The translations under genes and the position numbers were made by a program. This document shows, piece by piece, positions 31,163 through 41,252 of a DNA stretch of 64,000 bases. The notes beneath the pieces are model-generated. The model searched no databases and was not told the DNA's origin. It saw nothing but the letters and a program-made list of their open reading frames with translations. Source of the stretch: an uncultured delta proteobacterium (GTDB lineage: Bacteria; Desulfobacterota; Binatia; DP-6); contig CAWFFN010000007.1 in NCBI GenBank assembly GCA_963815115.1, positions 768,001 to 832,000 of the forward strand, given 5' to 3'. Position 1 is the first letter of the stretch. Each line of letters begins with the position of its first letter.

Positions 31163-32282
31163 CGGCGACCTCGGCGAGCAGCGACTCGACGCGCTCGACG
31201 TGCACGTCCCACGGCAGGGCCTCGGCACGCCGCCGTGCCGCGCGCGCGAGGGCGTCGTGCTCGGGTCCGAGCGCCCGCCGACGAGCGCGCCGCCGAGCGC
31301 GTCGAGGTCCTCGGGGTCGTCGACCACCAGCGACTCGAGCGCGCCCGTCGAGCAGCTCCGCCGCGCCGGCACGCCGGCTCGTGACGACCGGGAACGCCCG
31401 CCGCGCACGCCTCCAGGACGACGTTGCCGAACGCCTCCTGGCGCGACGGCGACGCACGCCACGTCCGCGGCCGCCAGCACGGCATCCACGTCCGCGGCGT
31501 GGTCCGGTGACCACCACCCGCCCCGCGAGCGCCGGCTCCGCCGCCCGGCGCCGCCAGGATGCGAGCCGCTCGTCGTCGCCGACCAGCACGAGGCGCCGTC
31601 CCCGGCGGCGGCGAGCGTCGCCAGAGCGCGAGCAGCAGATCGAAGCCCTTGCGCCAGAAGCCGGAGCCGATGGCCGCGCAGAGCGACGCGTCGGCCGCGA
31701 CGCCGAGCTCGCGCCGCAGCGGCGGTCCCAGCGCGGCGCGCCGTGCCGGGATGGAAGCGCTCGCCGTCGACCCCGTTGTAGATGACGGCGACCCGCGCGG
31801 GCGGCACGCCGTAGTCGCCGCGCGATCTCCCGGGCGGCCAGGGCCGAGACCGTGAGGACGCGCCGGTATGCGCCCGCCGCGAGCTGCCGCGCCTCGAGCC
31901 AGAGCATCGCGCGGTGGTACGGGCCGCGCGCGCCGCCGAGCGCAGGCCGGCCGCCTCCATGCGCGCGAGGTAGCTCCGGTGCGTCCCGCCGCCGACCCGG
32001 ACGACGTCCTGGCGCGGCGTCCGCCCGAAGCCGACCACGACGTCCCAGGGCGCGCGCGCCGACGGCGCGCGGAGCCGCGACCGCGAACGAGAGCAGCCGC
32101 ACCAGGCGCCCGCCGCGCAGGATGCGGACGCGGTGGACGGTGACGCCACGCGGTGGCTCGGCGGAGCGGGCGCAGAAGACGTGCACGGCATGACCGCGCG
32201 CCGCGAGGCCGGCGGCGAGGCGTCGCAGGTCGGCCTCGGTGCCGCCGCCGGCGAGCTGGCGGTGCATGAAGGCGATGCGCAT
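31152..32282 (-). CDS. WaaG-like glycosyltransferase family 4, broken by ~10 frameshifts (artefact or pseudogene)
   Basis: GGGTE, YNGVD, RKGF, EAFGNVVLEA motifs are scattered over all three minus frames. Confidence 0.72.
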   Translation of the reverse strand: MRIAFMHRQLAGGGTEADLRRLAAGLAARGHAVHVFCARSAEPPRGVTVHRVRILRGGRLVRLLSFAVAAPRAVGARALGRRGRLRADAAPGRRPGRRRDAPELPRAHGGGRPALGGARGPYHRAMLWLEARQLAAGAYRRVLTVSALAAREIARRLRRAARAGRRHLQRGRRRALPSRHGAPRWDRRCGASSASRPTRRSARPSAPASGARASICCSRSGDARRRRGRRLVLVGDDERLASWRRRAAEPALAGRVVVTGPRRGRGCRAGGRGRGVRRRRARRRSATSSWRRARRAFPVVTSRRAGAAELLDGRARVAGGRRPRGPRRARRRARRRALGPEHDALARAARRRAEALPWDVHVERVESLLAEVADGR

Positions 32283-33194
32283 CACTCGCGGGCGCGCAGC
32301 TGCAGCCACAGCGCCCGCAGGCGATAGCGGATGTTCGCGGGATCGAGCCGCCGCGCGCGGCCGAGCGCCGTCCGTGCGGCGACCGTGTCCCCGTCCCGCG
32401 CCCGCTGCGTCGCCAGCCGGGCCCAGCGCCGCGCCTGCCGCTTGCGGAAGGCGCCGCGACCGAGCACGTCGAGCACCTCGGGATGGTCGCCCACGAGCTT
32501 CTCGGCGAGCCGGATCGATTCCTCGCGGACCACGCCGCGGTTGCGCGCGATGCCGCCGCCGTGCCGCCGGTAGACGAAGGCGGGCACGTCGAGGAAGATG
32601 GCATGAAAGGCCGTCGCCACCCGCAGGACGAGGTCCAGGTCGTCGAGGATGGTGAAGGAGCCGTCGAGCGGCCCCACGGCTTCGAGGGCGCGGCGCGTGA
32701 AGCACATGCCCTGCAGCTGGCCCAGGTTCCAGCGGAACACCTCCGCGACTCCGATCGGCCGCGCCGCCATCGTCACGGCGACCTCGGGCCGGATCCAGGG
32801 CTCCTCCTTGCCCTCCGGGTCGTCCTCCGCCGGCAGCATGCGACCGTTCTGGATCACCAGATCGATGTCCGGGTGCGAGGCGCAGGAATTCCACCGGCAC
32901 GGCCAGGCGTCCCGGCAGCGCGAGGTCGTCCGAGTCGTGGAAGGCGACGTAGGGCGTGCGCGCGGCGGCGATGCCCGCGTTGCGCGCGGCGGCCACGCCG
33001 GCGTGCTCGGTGCGCAGGACGCGCAACCGGGGGTCGCGCACCCGGGCCAGCACGGCCTTCGTGTCGTCGCGCGAGCCGTCGTCGACGACGATCACCTCGA
33101 GCTCGACGCCGCGCTGCTCGAGCAGGCTGTCGAGGCTCGCCCGCAGCGTGTGCGCGCGATCGTAGGTCGGCAGGACCACCGAGACCACCGCCAT
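32282..33194 (-). CDS. glycosyltransferase family 2 (one frameshift, ~32880)
   Basis: VSVVLPTYDR, VVDDGSRD, AARNAG, FHDSDD; continues in another frame as DIDLVIQNG...LDDLDL. Confidence 0.82.
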
Positions 33195-34318
33195 CACGAC
33201 ACCCCGTCCGCCACCGCCTGGTCGAAGGCCTCGAACATCGCGTCGCCGAAGCCGTCGAGCGTGAAGTCCGTCCGTAGCCGTTCGAGCGCGGCGGCGCCAA
33301 TGGCCCGCCGCCGGGGCTCGTCGCGCAGGAGCTCGACGACCGCCCGGGCGAGCGCCGGCGCATCCTCCGGCGGCACCAGCAGCCCGCTCTCGCCGTGGAC
33401 GAGCATCTCGGGGATACCCCCGACCGCCGAGGCGACGATCGGTCGCGCCAGCGCCATGCCCTCGAGCAGGGCCAGCGGGAAGGGATCGCGCAGGGCGGGA
33501 TGGACGAGCACGTCGAGCACGCGCACGACCGGGAACGGGTTGCCGAGGAAGCCCGTGACGACGAGGCTGCCGTCCAGCCCGAGCGCGGTGACCCGGGCGC
33601 CCAGCGCCGCCTCGGCCTCGCGATCGGGAAACGCGCCGACGAGCACGAACTGCACGCCCGGCACGGCGTCCCGGATCGCGGGCGCCGCTTCCACCAGCAG
33701 CCGGGGGTTCTTGCGCCAATCCAGGTTCCCGACCATGCCGACCCGGAGCGCCTCGTGCGCGCCGACGACCGGCGGTGGCATCGCGTCCGCCTCGCGAGCG
33801 ATGCGCGCCACGTCGACGCCGTTGTAGACCACCCGGGCGCGCGTCCCGCCATGGAAGCCGCCGACCGCGCGCCGCGCCAGCTCGAGCGAATCGAGCGATG
33901 GGGCGACGACGTGGCGCGCGCGCCCCAGCCAGTGCTTGCGATAGGAGCGCGCACTGCCGTAGCTCGAGTAGACGTGCACCACCTGCGGAACGCGCGCGAG
34001 CCGGCCCGCCAGGAGGCACATCGGGAAGGTCGACAAGGTCGTCGAGTACAGCGCATCCGCTCCGCGCGCGAGGCGGGCCAGGCGCAGGACGTCGCGCGGC
34101 AGCGCGAGCGCGCCGCCCGGCCGCCGCCAGCGAGCCAGGCCCGGCAGGAAGGTGGTGCGCGAGGCGGGAATGCCGATCGTGTCGAGCAGCGGATGGGCGG
34201 CGGGGAAGGCGTAGCGCAGCTCCCAGCCATGACGGGGCGCCGCATCGTCGAGGACGCGCAGCGCCCGCAGCATGCCGGCGTGCTGGGGATGGGCCAGCGT
34301 GACCAGCGCCCGCCGCAT
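33194..34318 (-). CDS. glycosyltransferase family 4
   Basis: VYNGVD, WRKN, DPFPLALLEGMA, VGGIPE. Confidence 0.88.
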   Translation of the reverse strand: MRRALVTLAHPQHAGMLRALRVLDDAAPRHGWELRYAFPAAHPLLDTIGIPASRTTFLPGLARWRRPGGALALPRDVLRLARLARGADALYSTTLSTFPMCLLAGRLARVPQVVHVYSSYGSARSYRKHWLGRARHVVAPSLDSLELARRAVGGFHGGTRARVVYNGVDVARIAREADAMPPPVVGAHEALRVGMVGNLDWRKNPRLLVEAAPAIRDAVPGVQFVLVGAFPDREAEAALGARVTALGLDGSLVVTGFLGNPFPVVRVLDVLVHPALRDPFPLALLEGMALARPIVASAVGGIPEMLVHGESGLLVPPEDAPALARAVVELLRDEPRRRAIGAAALERLRTDFTLDGFGDAMFEAFDQAVADGVS

Positions 34319-34329
34319 GGCGCCCGTGG

Positions 34330-35136
34330 TCAGGCCCGCTCCGCGGCCAGGAGCGCTGGATCGAACGGCCCCCCGCTCCGCATCAGCGCGCGGAAGCCGG
34401 CCCGCGCCGCCGCCTCGACGGGAATGTGGTCGATGGCGCAGCGCCGCGCGACGATCTTGCGCATCACCCAGCGCCCGAGGCGATGCCGTTGCCGCCGGTC
34501 GAGCTGGCGCGCGCTCGCGTAGGCATTCAGCACGCGCGCCCGGTCGCTGGCGGTCACGCCGAGCACCACGAAGCGCCCGAGCTGCACGAGGTTCCGCCGC
34601 GCTCCGAGGCCGAACCAGCCCCGCCGCGTGCGGTCGTTGTCGAGGAAGACGAAGGTGCCGTCGCGCGAGCGGAGATTGGGCGGCACCAGGTCGCCGTGGA
34701 CGAATCCCGCCGCGTGCAGCCGCGCCACCTCGGCGCCGAGGCGACGCAGCAGGTCTCGCTTGCAACGCCGCGCCTCGCGATCGGGGCGCGCGAGGCGCGC
34801 CAGGACGGCGAGCAGGTCCTCGCCCCCGGTGTCGGCGGTGACGAGCAGTCCCGCGGCGCCGTGCTGCCCGACGAGCAGGGTGACCGGAGCCGCGAAGCCG
34901 GCCACGTCGAGCGCGCGGCCCATGGCGAAGGCGCGCAGGGCGCGCCGGCCGTCGGGCGGCGGGTAGCTCTTCACGTGGCACACGCCGTGGCGTGACTCGA
35001 GCTGCAGGCTGCGAGCGTGGCGCGAGCGGCGGCCGGCGCCGCCCGCGGCAGCCACCAGGCACGCCTGCACGTCGAGCGCAGCGTCGGCCGCGCGCCAGCC
35101 CTGCCATTCGCCCTCGCTCCACGCCAGGTATCTCAT
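34330..35136 (-). CDS. lipopolysaccharide kinase (InaA/WaaP family)
   Basis: HVKSY, HGDLVPPN, FLDND, RNLVQL. Confidence 0.8.
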   Translation of the reverse strand: MRYLAWSEGEWQGWRAADAALDVQACLVAAAGGAGRRSRHARSLQLESRHGVCHVKSYPPPDGRRALRAFAMGRALDVAGFAAPVTLLVGQHGAAGLLVTADTGGEDLLAVLARLARPDREARRCKRDLLRRLGAEVARLHAAGFVHGDLVPPNLRSRDGTFVFLDNDRTRRGWFGLGARRNLVQLGRFVVLGVTASDRARVLNAYASARQLDRRQRHRLGRWVMRKIVARRCAIDHIPVEAAARAGFRALMRSGGPFDPALLAAERA

Positions 35137-36131
35137 GCCGCCAGCACCTGGGCAGCCTTCTCGAGGACCATGTCCACCGTGATGGTGTGCATGCAGACCC
35201 GACCGATGGGGCACTCGCGCAGGAAGCACGGCGCGCAGGGCGCCGCGCCCTGCACCGCCAGCCGCTCCCAGCCGAACGGCGCGGAGCGCGCCGCGCTGGT
35301 CGCTCCCCACAGCGACACCACCGGCGTTCCCATCGCGGCCGCCAGATGGAGCGCCCCCGAGTCGGGGCCGAACGCCAGCGCGCAGCGGCCGAGCAGCGCC
35401 GCGAGCTGGCGCAGCGACGTGCGCCCGACGAGATCGCGCACCGCGCCGCGGGATGCGCGCACGACGTCGGCGGCGAACGCGGCGTCGGCGGACGTGCCGA
35501 GGAGCATCGCGCCGCCCCGCAGGCGGCGCAGCAGCGCGTCGAGCGCGGAGGCCGTCCGCTCGGGCACCCAGCGGCGCGCGGGACACGACGAGCCGATGCA
35601 GGCCGCCACCACCGGCCGCGGAAGGCCCGCGAGGAGGGCCTCGGCCTGTGCGGCCTCCTCGGCCGTGGGGGTGAGCCCGAACTCGACCGGGATGGCGGGC
35701 AGGCCGAGCGCGTCGCCGAAGCTCAGGAACTGCTCGAGCTTCGGCCGCGCGGCGCCCTGCGGCGGCAGGTGCTGGGTGGCGAACAGCCAGCTGCCCTCGC
35801 GCGCGTCGGCGCGCGCGAACCCGACCCGGACCCGTGCGCCGCTCGCCCGAGCGATGAGCGCGCTCTTGGCGCCGCGCCCGAGATCGAGCGCAACGTGGTA
35901 GCGAGACCCGCGCAGCCGGCGCACCAGCGGGGGGACCGCGCGCAGCCCCTGCCGGCGCTGAAAGACGATGGCCTCGTCCAGCCAGGGGTGCGGCTCCAGC
36001 AAGGGCGCCGACGGGGGCTCGACGACCCACGAGAGATGCGCTTCGGGCCGGCCGCGGCGGATGCGTCCCAGCAGCGGCAGGGCGCGGACCACGTCACCGA
36101 TGGCGCCCGGGAGCACGATCAGGACGCGCAC
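35133..36131 (-). CDS. heptosyltransferase, GT9 (WaaC-like)
   Basis: GAIGDVV, GRTSLRQL, DSGALHLAAA, LWGAT. Confidence 0.9.
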   Translation of the reverse strand: MRVLIVLPGAIGDVVRALPLLGRIRRGRPEAHLSWVVEPPSAPLLEPHPWLDEAIVFQRRQGLRAVPPLVRRLRGSRYHVALDLGRGAKSALIARASGARVRVGFARADAREGSWLFATQHLPPQGAARPKLEQFLSFGDALGLPAIPVEFGLTPTAEEAAQAEALLAGLPRPVVAACIGSSCPARRWVPERTASALDALLRRLRGGAMLLGTSADAAFAADVVRASRGAVRDLVGRTSLRQLAALLGRCALAFGPDSGALHLAAAMGTPVVSLWGATSAARSAPFGWERLAVQGAAPCAPCFLRECPIGRVCMHTITVDMVLEKAAQVLAA

Positions 36132-36868
36132 GGCGCCTCCACCGCACGCGCGTACGCGGCGTGAAACGCAGCGACGTCGTCCGGCGCTGCCAGATGGCCG
36201 GTGGGGTCGAGCTTGCGCAGCGAGCGCGCCAGCCGGCGCAGGTTGCGCTGCCGCGCGCGCCGGCCGAGCGGAGCGCGTCCGACGCGCGCCCGGTCGAAGT
36301 CGAGAACGGTGACGTCGAGGCCGGGCGCCGGCCCGGCGAGCAGGTTCGTCAGGTTCAGATCGGCGTGGAAGACGCCCGCCCTGTGCAAGCCGGCCACCGC
36401 CCGAGCAACCGCCGTCGCCAGGGCCCGCCGCCGGCCTTCGTCCGCGACCCGGAGCGCCTCGACCACCGGGACCGCCTCGGGCACCTCCGCGGTGACGATG
36501 GCGCCGCGGTAGGCCAGCCGCCCCTCGACGCGCGCCGCGAGCACCTCGGGCGCCGCCACACCGCGCCGGCGCGCCTCGGCCGTCACCGCCAGCTCCCGGA
36601 ACGGACGCGCCGCCGGCCCGACGTACGTCTCCCGGACCACCCGCGCGAGCCAGCCGCCGCGCCGGTTGCAGCGCAGCACCGCCGCGAGGCCGCCTGGCAG
36701 CCGCACGCGATGCGCGGCTCCTCGGCCCCCGGTCAGCGGCTGGCTGCCGGCCGGTACCACGAGCGACGAGGCGAGCAGCCAGGGTGCCAGCTCGGCGACC
36801 AGATCGGTTCGCACGAGCGCACGCACGCGTCGCCGGCTGACAGCGGTGTAGCCATCCGGGACGCTCAC
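36119..36868 (-). CDS. Kdo kinase-like LPS kinase (KdkA family)
   Basis: GGRG, RRGG, RPFREL, HADLNLTNLL, LDFDR. Confidence 0.82.
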   Translation of the reverse strand: MSVPDGYTAVSRRRVRALVRTDLVAELAPWLLASSLVVPAGSQPLTGGRGAAHRVRLPGGLAAVLRCNRRGGWLARVVRETYVGPAARPFRELAVTAEARRRGVAAPEVLAARVEGRLAYRGAIVTAEVPEAVPVVEALRVADEGRRRALATAVARAVAGLHRAGVFHADLNLTNLLAGPAPGLDVTVLDFDRARVGRAPLGRRARQRNLRRLARSLRKLDPTGHLAAPDDVAAFHAAYARAVEAPCAS

Positions 36869-37608
36869 GCGACCTCCCGCAGGGACACGGGCTGCGCCCG
36901 GCGCCACTCCCAGGCGCGGGTGTGCGCGAGCACGACGCGGTAGCCCGCGAACACGACGGCCAGCCAGCGCGCGAGGCCGGCCCGCGCCGGCGCCCGTGCC
37001 AGGAGGAGCCGCGCCGCGGCTGCCATCGCGCACACGCCGATCCGCGCCACGCCCGCCGCGCGGGCATCCTGGGCGAGCAGGACCGCGAGCGCGCGGCTCT
37101 CCGCGCCGAGCGCGTCGACGGCCTCCTCGACCGACGCGCCGTGCGCGGCGCGCAGGCGGACGTCCAGCCGCTCCCCGCGACCCCCGCGCGCGGCGAGCCC
37201 GAGCGTGAGACCGCGCTCGAGCACGAGCCGGCTGCCCGCGCGCGGCGCGAGGCGCACCGGCGCGTACCGCGGCACGAGGTGCGCGCCGAGCGTCTCCACC
37301 TCGACGCCGATGCGCCGCGCCCCCGCCCCACCCTGCTCCACGACGCGCGCGACGTGGTCCCGGAGCGACGCCGGCGCGACCTCGTGCTCGGCGAGCAGGA
37401 GGAGCCACGGCGCGCTCCCGAGCGCGTCGATTCGCGCGGCGTCGCGACCGAGCCGGACGCCCTGCGGCAGCTCGCTGCCCGGCTCCCCCGTGGCATCGAG
37501 CACGGCGCGCTCGGCCGCCCAGGCGACCGAATCGAGGGCCGCCGCGAGCAAGCGGCCACCGCGGGTCGCGATCACGACCGCCAGCACAGGGAGCTTCCCC
37601 GGCGTCAT
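36865..37608 (-). CDS. degenerate WaaE-like GT2 protein lacking DxD
   Basis: LDSVAWAAE and PWLLLLAEHEV align with LESAAWCDE and PWVLSLDADERV of the GT2 domain at ~30.2 kb; coupled to both neighbours by stop/start overlaps. Confidence 0.6.
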   Translation of the reverse strand: MTPGKLPVLAVVIATRGGRLLAAALDSVAWAAERAVLDATGEPGSELPQGVRLGRDAARIDALGSAPWLLLLAEHEVAPASLRDHVARVVEQGGAGARRIGVEVETLGAHLVPRYAPVRLAPRAGSRLVLERGLTLGLAARGGRGERLDVRLRAAHGASVEEAVDALGAESRALAVLLAQDARAAGVARIGVCAMAAAARLLLARAPARAGLARWLAVVFAGYRVVLAHTRAWEWRRAQPVSLREVA

Positions 37609-38668
37609 GCGGCGCTGCCCGCCGTCCGCGGCGGCGCCAGCAACGCGCGCGCCGCGCCGAGCACGCTCTCGGGCCGCACGAGGCGCTGGCAGTCGCCGGT
37701 AGCGCGCGGGCACCGTGGGCCGCCATGCCGGGCGCAGGGGCGGCAGGCGAGATCGACCTCGACGACCCGAGCGCGCTCGCCCCAGGGTCCATAGCCGAGC
37801 GCCGGCGTGGTGGCGCAGAAGACCGCGACCACCGGGACGTTGCGAGCGCAGGCCACGTGCATCGGAGCGCTGTCGTTGGCCACCAGGAGCGCCAGGCGAT
37901 CGATCACCGCCACCAGGGTGGCGAGGTCGGTTCGCCCCGCCAGCACGGTCGCGCCACCACCGCCGAGGCGCACGACCTCCTCGGCCAGGGACCGCTCGGC
38001 CGGCGCGCCCAGCACCACCACCCGGGCCCCCTCCGCGCGCAGCGCGCGCAGGACGGCGGCGAAGCCCTCCGCGGTCCAGCGCTTGGTCGCCCACACCGAG
38101 CCCGGCGCCAGCCCGACGAGCGGTCCGGCGCCGTCGGGCAGCAAAGCGGTCGCCCTCGCGGCGGCGGCCGCCTGCACCGGCAGGTGCAGGCGCGGAGCGC
38201 CCGGCGTCCCCCGAACGGTGCGAGCAGGGCCAGGTTGCGCTCGACGTCGTGCCGGCGGCGGTCGCGCGCGACGCGCTCGTGATAGAGGAACGCGCCGCGG
38301 CTGTCGGCGAAGCCGATGCGCCGGGGGATACGCGCGGCCGCGAGCACGATGGCGGTGCGCAGCGAGCGGTGCGGCGAGACCGCGAGATCGAAGCGCTCTC
38401 CTCGCAACCGGTTCGCCAGGCGCACGACGCCGCCCGCGCCGCGGTCCGCACCACGCTTGTCGTCCACCAGGACGTCGTCGATGTCGGGATGCCCGTCCAG
38501 CAGGGAGGCGGCGTCGGGCCGCACCAGGACCGCCAGGCGGCGCGGGCGCAGCCGTTGCCGGAGCGCCGCGATCAGCGGCGTCGTCAGCACGACGTCGCCC
38601 AGGAAGCTCGTCTGGGGCACGACCAGGCTCGGCCCCGCAGGCGACTCAGGCGAGGTGCTCGGCCTCAT
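37605..38668 (-). CDS. waaF: LPS heptosyltransferase II (frameshift in the C5 run at 38208-38212)
   Basis: QTSFLGDVVL, HDVER, PGSVWATKRW, NDSAPMH; an extra G in the run restores a full ORF. Confidence 0.82.
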
Positions 38669-38816
38669 CGATCAGCATGATCGGGATGTCGTCCTTGATC
38701 GGGTAGCGGAGCTTGCACGCCCCGCACACGAGCGCGTCCTGCGATTCCGTCAAGACGACGTCGCCCTTGCACTGCGGGCAGGCGAGGATCTCGAGCAGCT
38801 CCTTGTGGATCGCCAT
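38646..38816 (-). CDS. Trm112/YcaR-like Zn protein
   Basis: LLEILACPQCKG...YPIKDDIPIML; GGAGGAG RBS; follows lpxK. Confidence 0.92.
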   Translation of the reverse strand: MAIHKELLEILACPQCKGDVVLTESQDALVCGACKLRYPIKDDIPIMLIDEAEHLA

Positions 38817-38898
38817 CGGTACCGTCTCCTCCGGGAAATCGTCGTGTGCGCCCCGTCGAACTATCCGCAATCCCGGGTGAATGCCACTCGACCGGCCG

Positions 38899-39939
38899 CT
38901 ACGCCGGAGCCTCGAGCAGGTCCACCAACCGGTCGCCGTCGTCGACCTCGAGCGCGACGCGCAGCGCGCGCAGCTGCTCGAGGCCGGGCCGCCCGGCCAG
39001 CTTCACCAGATCCTTCTCGGTGGTGACGAGCGCGCCCGTACGGGCCGCCCTGACGATGGAGGCGACGTCGCCTGCCGAGTAGTCGTGATGATCCGGAAAC
39101 ATCAGGCGGTCGACGACGTGGGCGCCGCACCCCTCGAGCGTGGCGGCGAAGCGATCGGGGCGGGCGACGCCCGCCACGGCGACGACGCGCGCGCCGTCGA
39201 GGCAGCCGACCCCCGCCTCGTCCCAGGCACCGCCGACCAGCGCGGTGGCGACGAGGCGGCCGCGAAAGCGCGGCGGAAGCGCGGTCCCCGGCGGCCAGGA
39301 CGGCTCGTGGTCGCCGACGGCCAGCACCGCACGCGCGCGCGCCAGCGCCGCGAACGGCTCGCGTCGCGAGCCCGCGGGCAGGAGGCGACGTGCGGCGTGA
39401 TCGTCCGCCAGCAACACCAGGTCGGCGTCGCGCGCCAGGGCGCGATGCTGGAAGCCGTCGTCGAGCACGAGGGTGTCGAGGCCGAAGCGCGCGCAGGCCT
39501 CCGCTGCCGCCTCCACGCGGCGCTCGCCCGTGACCACGGGCCCCGCGAACCGGCGCGCCAGCATGACCGCCTCGTCGCCGCCGTCCTCCGCCGACACCAG
39601 GGGCGTGCCGCTCGTCCCGACCACGACGACCCCGGGACGGCGCTTGCGATAGCCGCGCGCGACGATCCCCACGCGCCGCCCCCGGCGCGCCAGCGTCTGC
39701 GCGAGCCAGAGCGCCGCCGGCGTCTTGCCGGTGCCGCCGACGGTGAGGTTGCCGACGCTCAGCACGCGCGCCGCAACCCGCGTCTGGCCGAGCCAGCCGG
39801 CGTCGTAGAGGCGGTTCCGCACGACGACCCCGGCGCCGTACACCAGCGATGCAGGGACGAGGAGGAGCTGGACGGCGCGTTCGCTCGGCGAGCGCGGGAC
39901 CCAGGCGCGCGTGACGGCCGCCGCGAGCCGGTCCCTCAC
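38899..39939 (-). CDS. lpxK: tetraacyldisaccharide 4'-kinase
   Basis: VGNLTVGGTGKTP, GDE, LDDGFQH, TTEKD. Confidence 0.94.
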   Translation of the reverse strand: MRDRLAAAVTRAWVPRSPSERAVQLLLVPASLVYGAGVVVRNRLYDAGWLGQTRVAARVLSVGNLTVGGTGKTPAALWLAQTLARRGRRVGIVARGYRKRRPGVVVVGTSGTPLVSAEDGGDEAVMLARRFAGPVVTGERRVEAAAEACARFGLDTLVLDDGFQHRALARDADLVLLADDHAARRLLPAGSRREPFAALARARAVLAVGDHEPSWPPGTALPPRFRGRLVATALVGGAWDEAGVGCLDGARVVAVAGVARPDRFAATLEGCGAHVVDRLMFPDHHDYSAGDVASIVRAARTGALVTTEKDLVKLAGRPGLEQLRALRVALEVDDGDRLVDLLEAPA

Positions 39940-41252
39940 GCCGTCGCCGCCCGGGGCGCAGTCCCGTCCGCCAGCCGCTCCTCGATGAGCGCCAGGTGGC
40001 GTGCCAGCGCTCCCTCGCCGGCCTCGACGGCCATCCGCGCCCGCCGCCCCATCTCGCTCGCCGCGGCGGGATCGGCCAGCAATCGCCCGATCGCGGCCGC
40101 CAGCTCCTCCGCCGTCCCCACGCGCACCCCGCCGCCGGCGGCGAGGATGCGATCCACGGGCTCTGCCATCGTGGCGGTGTACGGACCGACCAGCACGGGC
40201 CGCCCGGCACGGGCGGGCTCGAGGACGTTGTGTCCTCCGAGCGGGACGAGGCTGCCACCGACGAAGGCGACGCTGCCGAGCGCGTAGCAGTGCGCCAGCG
40301 GTCCCATGACGTCGAGCAGGACCACGCCGCCATCCGCCGGCACCGGACGCTCGCCGCTCACCACGGCCGCGTAGCGCTCGAGCGGAAGCCCGCGACTGGC
40401 CACCAGGCTCGCCACCCCGTCCAGCCGCTCCGGGTGGCGGGGTGCGACGAGCACGACGAGACGCGGGTGGCTGGGCGCCAGGCGCGCGTAGGCGTCGAGC
40501 ACGGCGGCTTCCTCGCCCTCGTGGGTGCTGCCGGCAACGAGGACGGGATGTCCCTCGAGCTGCTCGCCCAGCCGGCGCACGCCCGGCGGCGTCTCGGCGG
40601 TGACGGTCTCGAACTTGAGGCTGCCCGCCACGTGGACGAGCGCCGGGTCGGCGCCGAGCGCGACCATCCGCGCGGCATCGCCGTCGCTCTGCATGCAGCA
40701 GACCACGCCGGCCAGCGCCGGGCGATAGAACGGCCGCAGCCAGGCCGCACGCCCCGCGGTCCGGGCGCTCACCCGCCCGCTCACCAGGAAGGCAGGAACT
40801 CCGCGCCGGGCCAGCGCATCGAGCAGCGTGGGCCAGATCTCGGTCTCGGTGAAGAAGAAGGCCTCGGGCCGCAGCGCGTCCAGCACCCGGTGCACCGACT
40901 CGGGAGCATCCAGCGGAAGGAGCGCCGCCAGCTCCGCTTCGGGCAGACTGCGCGCGAGCTCCAGCCCGGTCCGCGTGAGCGTGGTCACGATCACCGGCCG
41001 GCCCGGCCATCGCACGCGCAAGGCGCCGAGCAGCGGCCGCACGGCGCGCAGCTCGCCGACCGACGCGGCGTGCACCCAGAGCGCGCGGGTTGCAGTCGTC
41101 GTGTGCCCGCGCTCGGCTGCGAACCGGCCCAGCCGATCGCCGAGCGCGCGCCACGCGCGCGGGGCCGCCGGGGCGCGACTCGCCACCTCGGCGACCCCCG
41201 CCACGAGACGCATCACTCCGCGGTAGGCGGCAAGCGCCGCCCGGTCGGTCAT
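39936..41252 (-). CDS. waaA: Kdo transferase
   Basis: WVHAASVGE, ETEIWP, GSTHEGEE, APRHPER, GGHNVLEP. Confidence 0.95.
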   Translation of the reverse strand: MTDRAALAAYRGVMRLVAGVAEVASRAPAAPRAWRALGDRLGRFAAERGHTTTATRALWVHAASVGELRAVRPLLGALRVRWPGRPVIVTTLTRTGLELARSLPEAELAALLPLDAPESVHRVLDALRPEAFFFTETEIWPTLLDALARRGVPAFLVSGRVSARTAGRAAWLRPFYRPALAGVVCCMQSDGDAARMVALGADPALVHVAGSLKFETVTAETPPGVRRLGEQLEGHPVLVAGSTHEGEEAAVLDAYARLAPSHPRLVVLVAPRHPERLDGVASLVASRGLPLERYAAVVSGERPVPADGGVVLLDVMGPLAHCYALGSVAFVGGSLVPLGGHNVLEPARAGRPVLVGPYTATMAEPVDRILAAGGGVRVGTAEELAAAIGRLLADPAAASEMGRRARMAVEAGEGALARHLALIEERLADGTAPRAATA

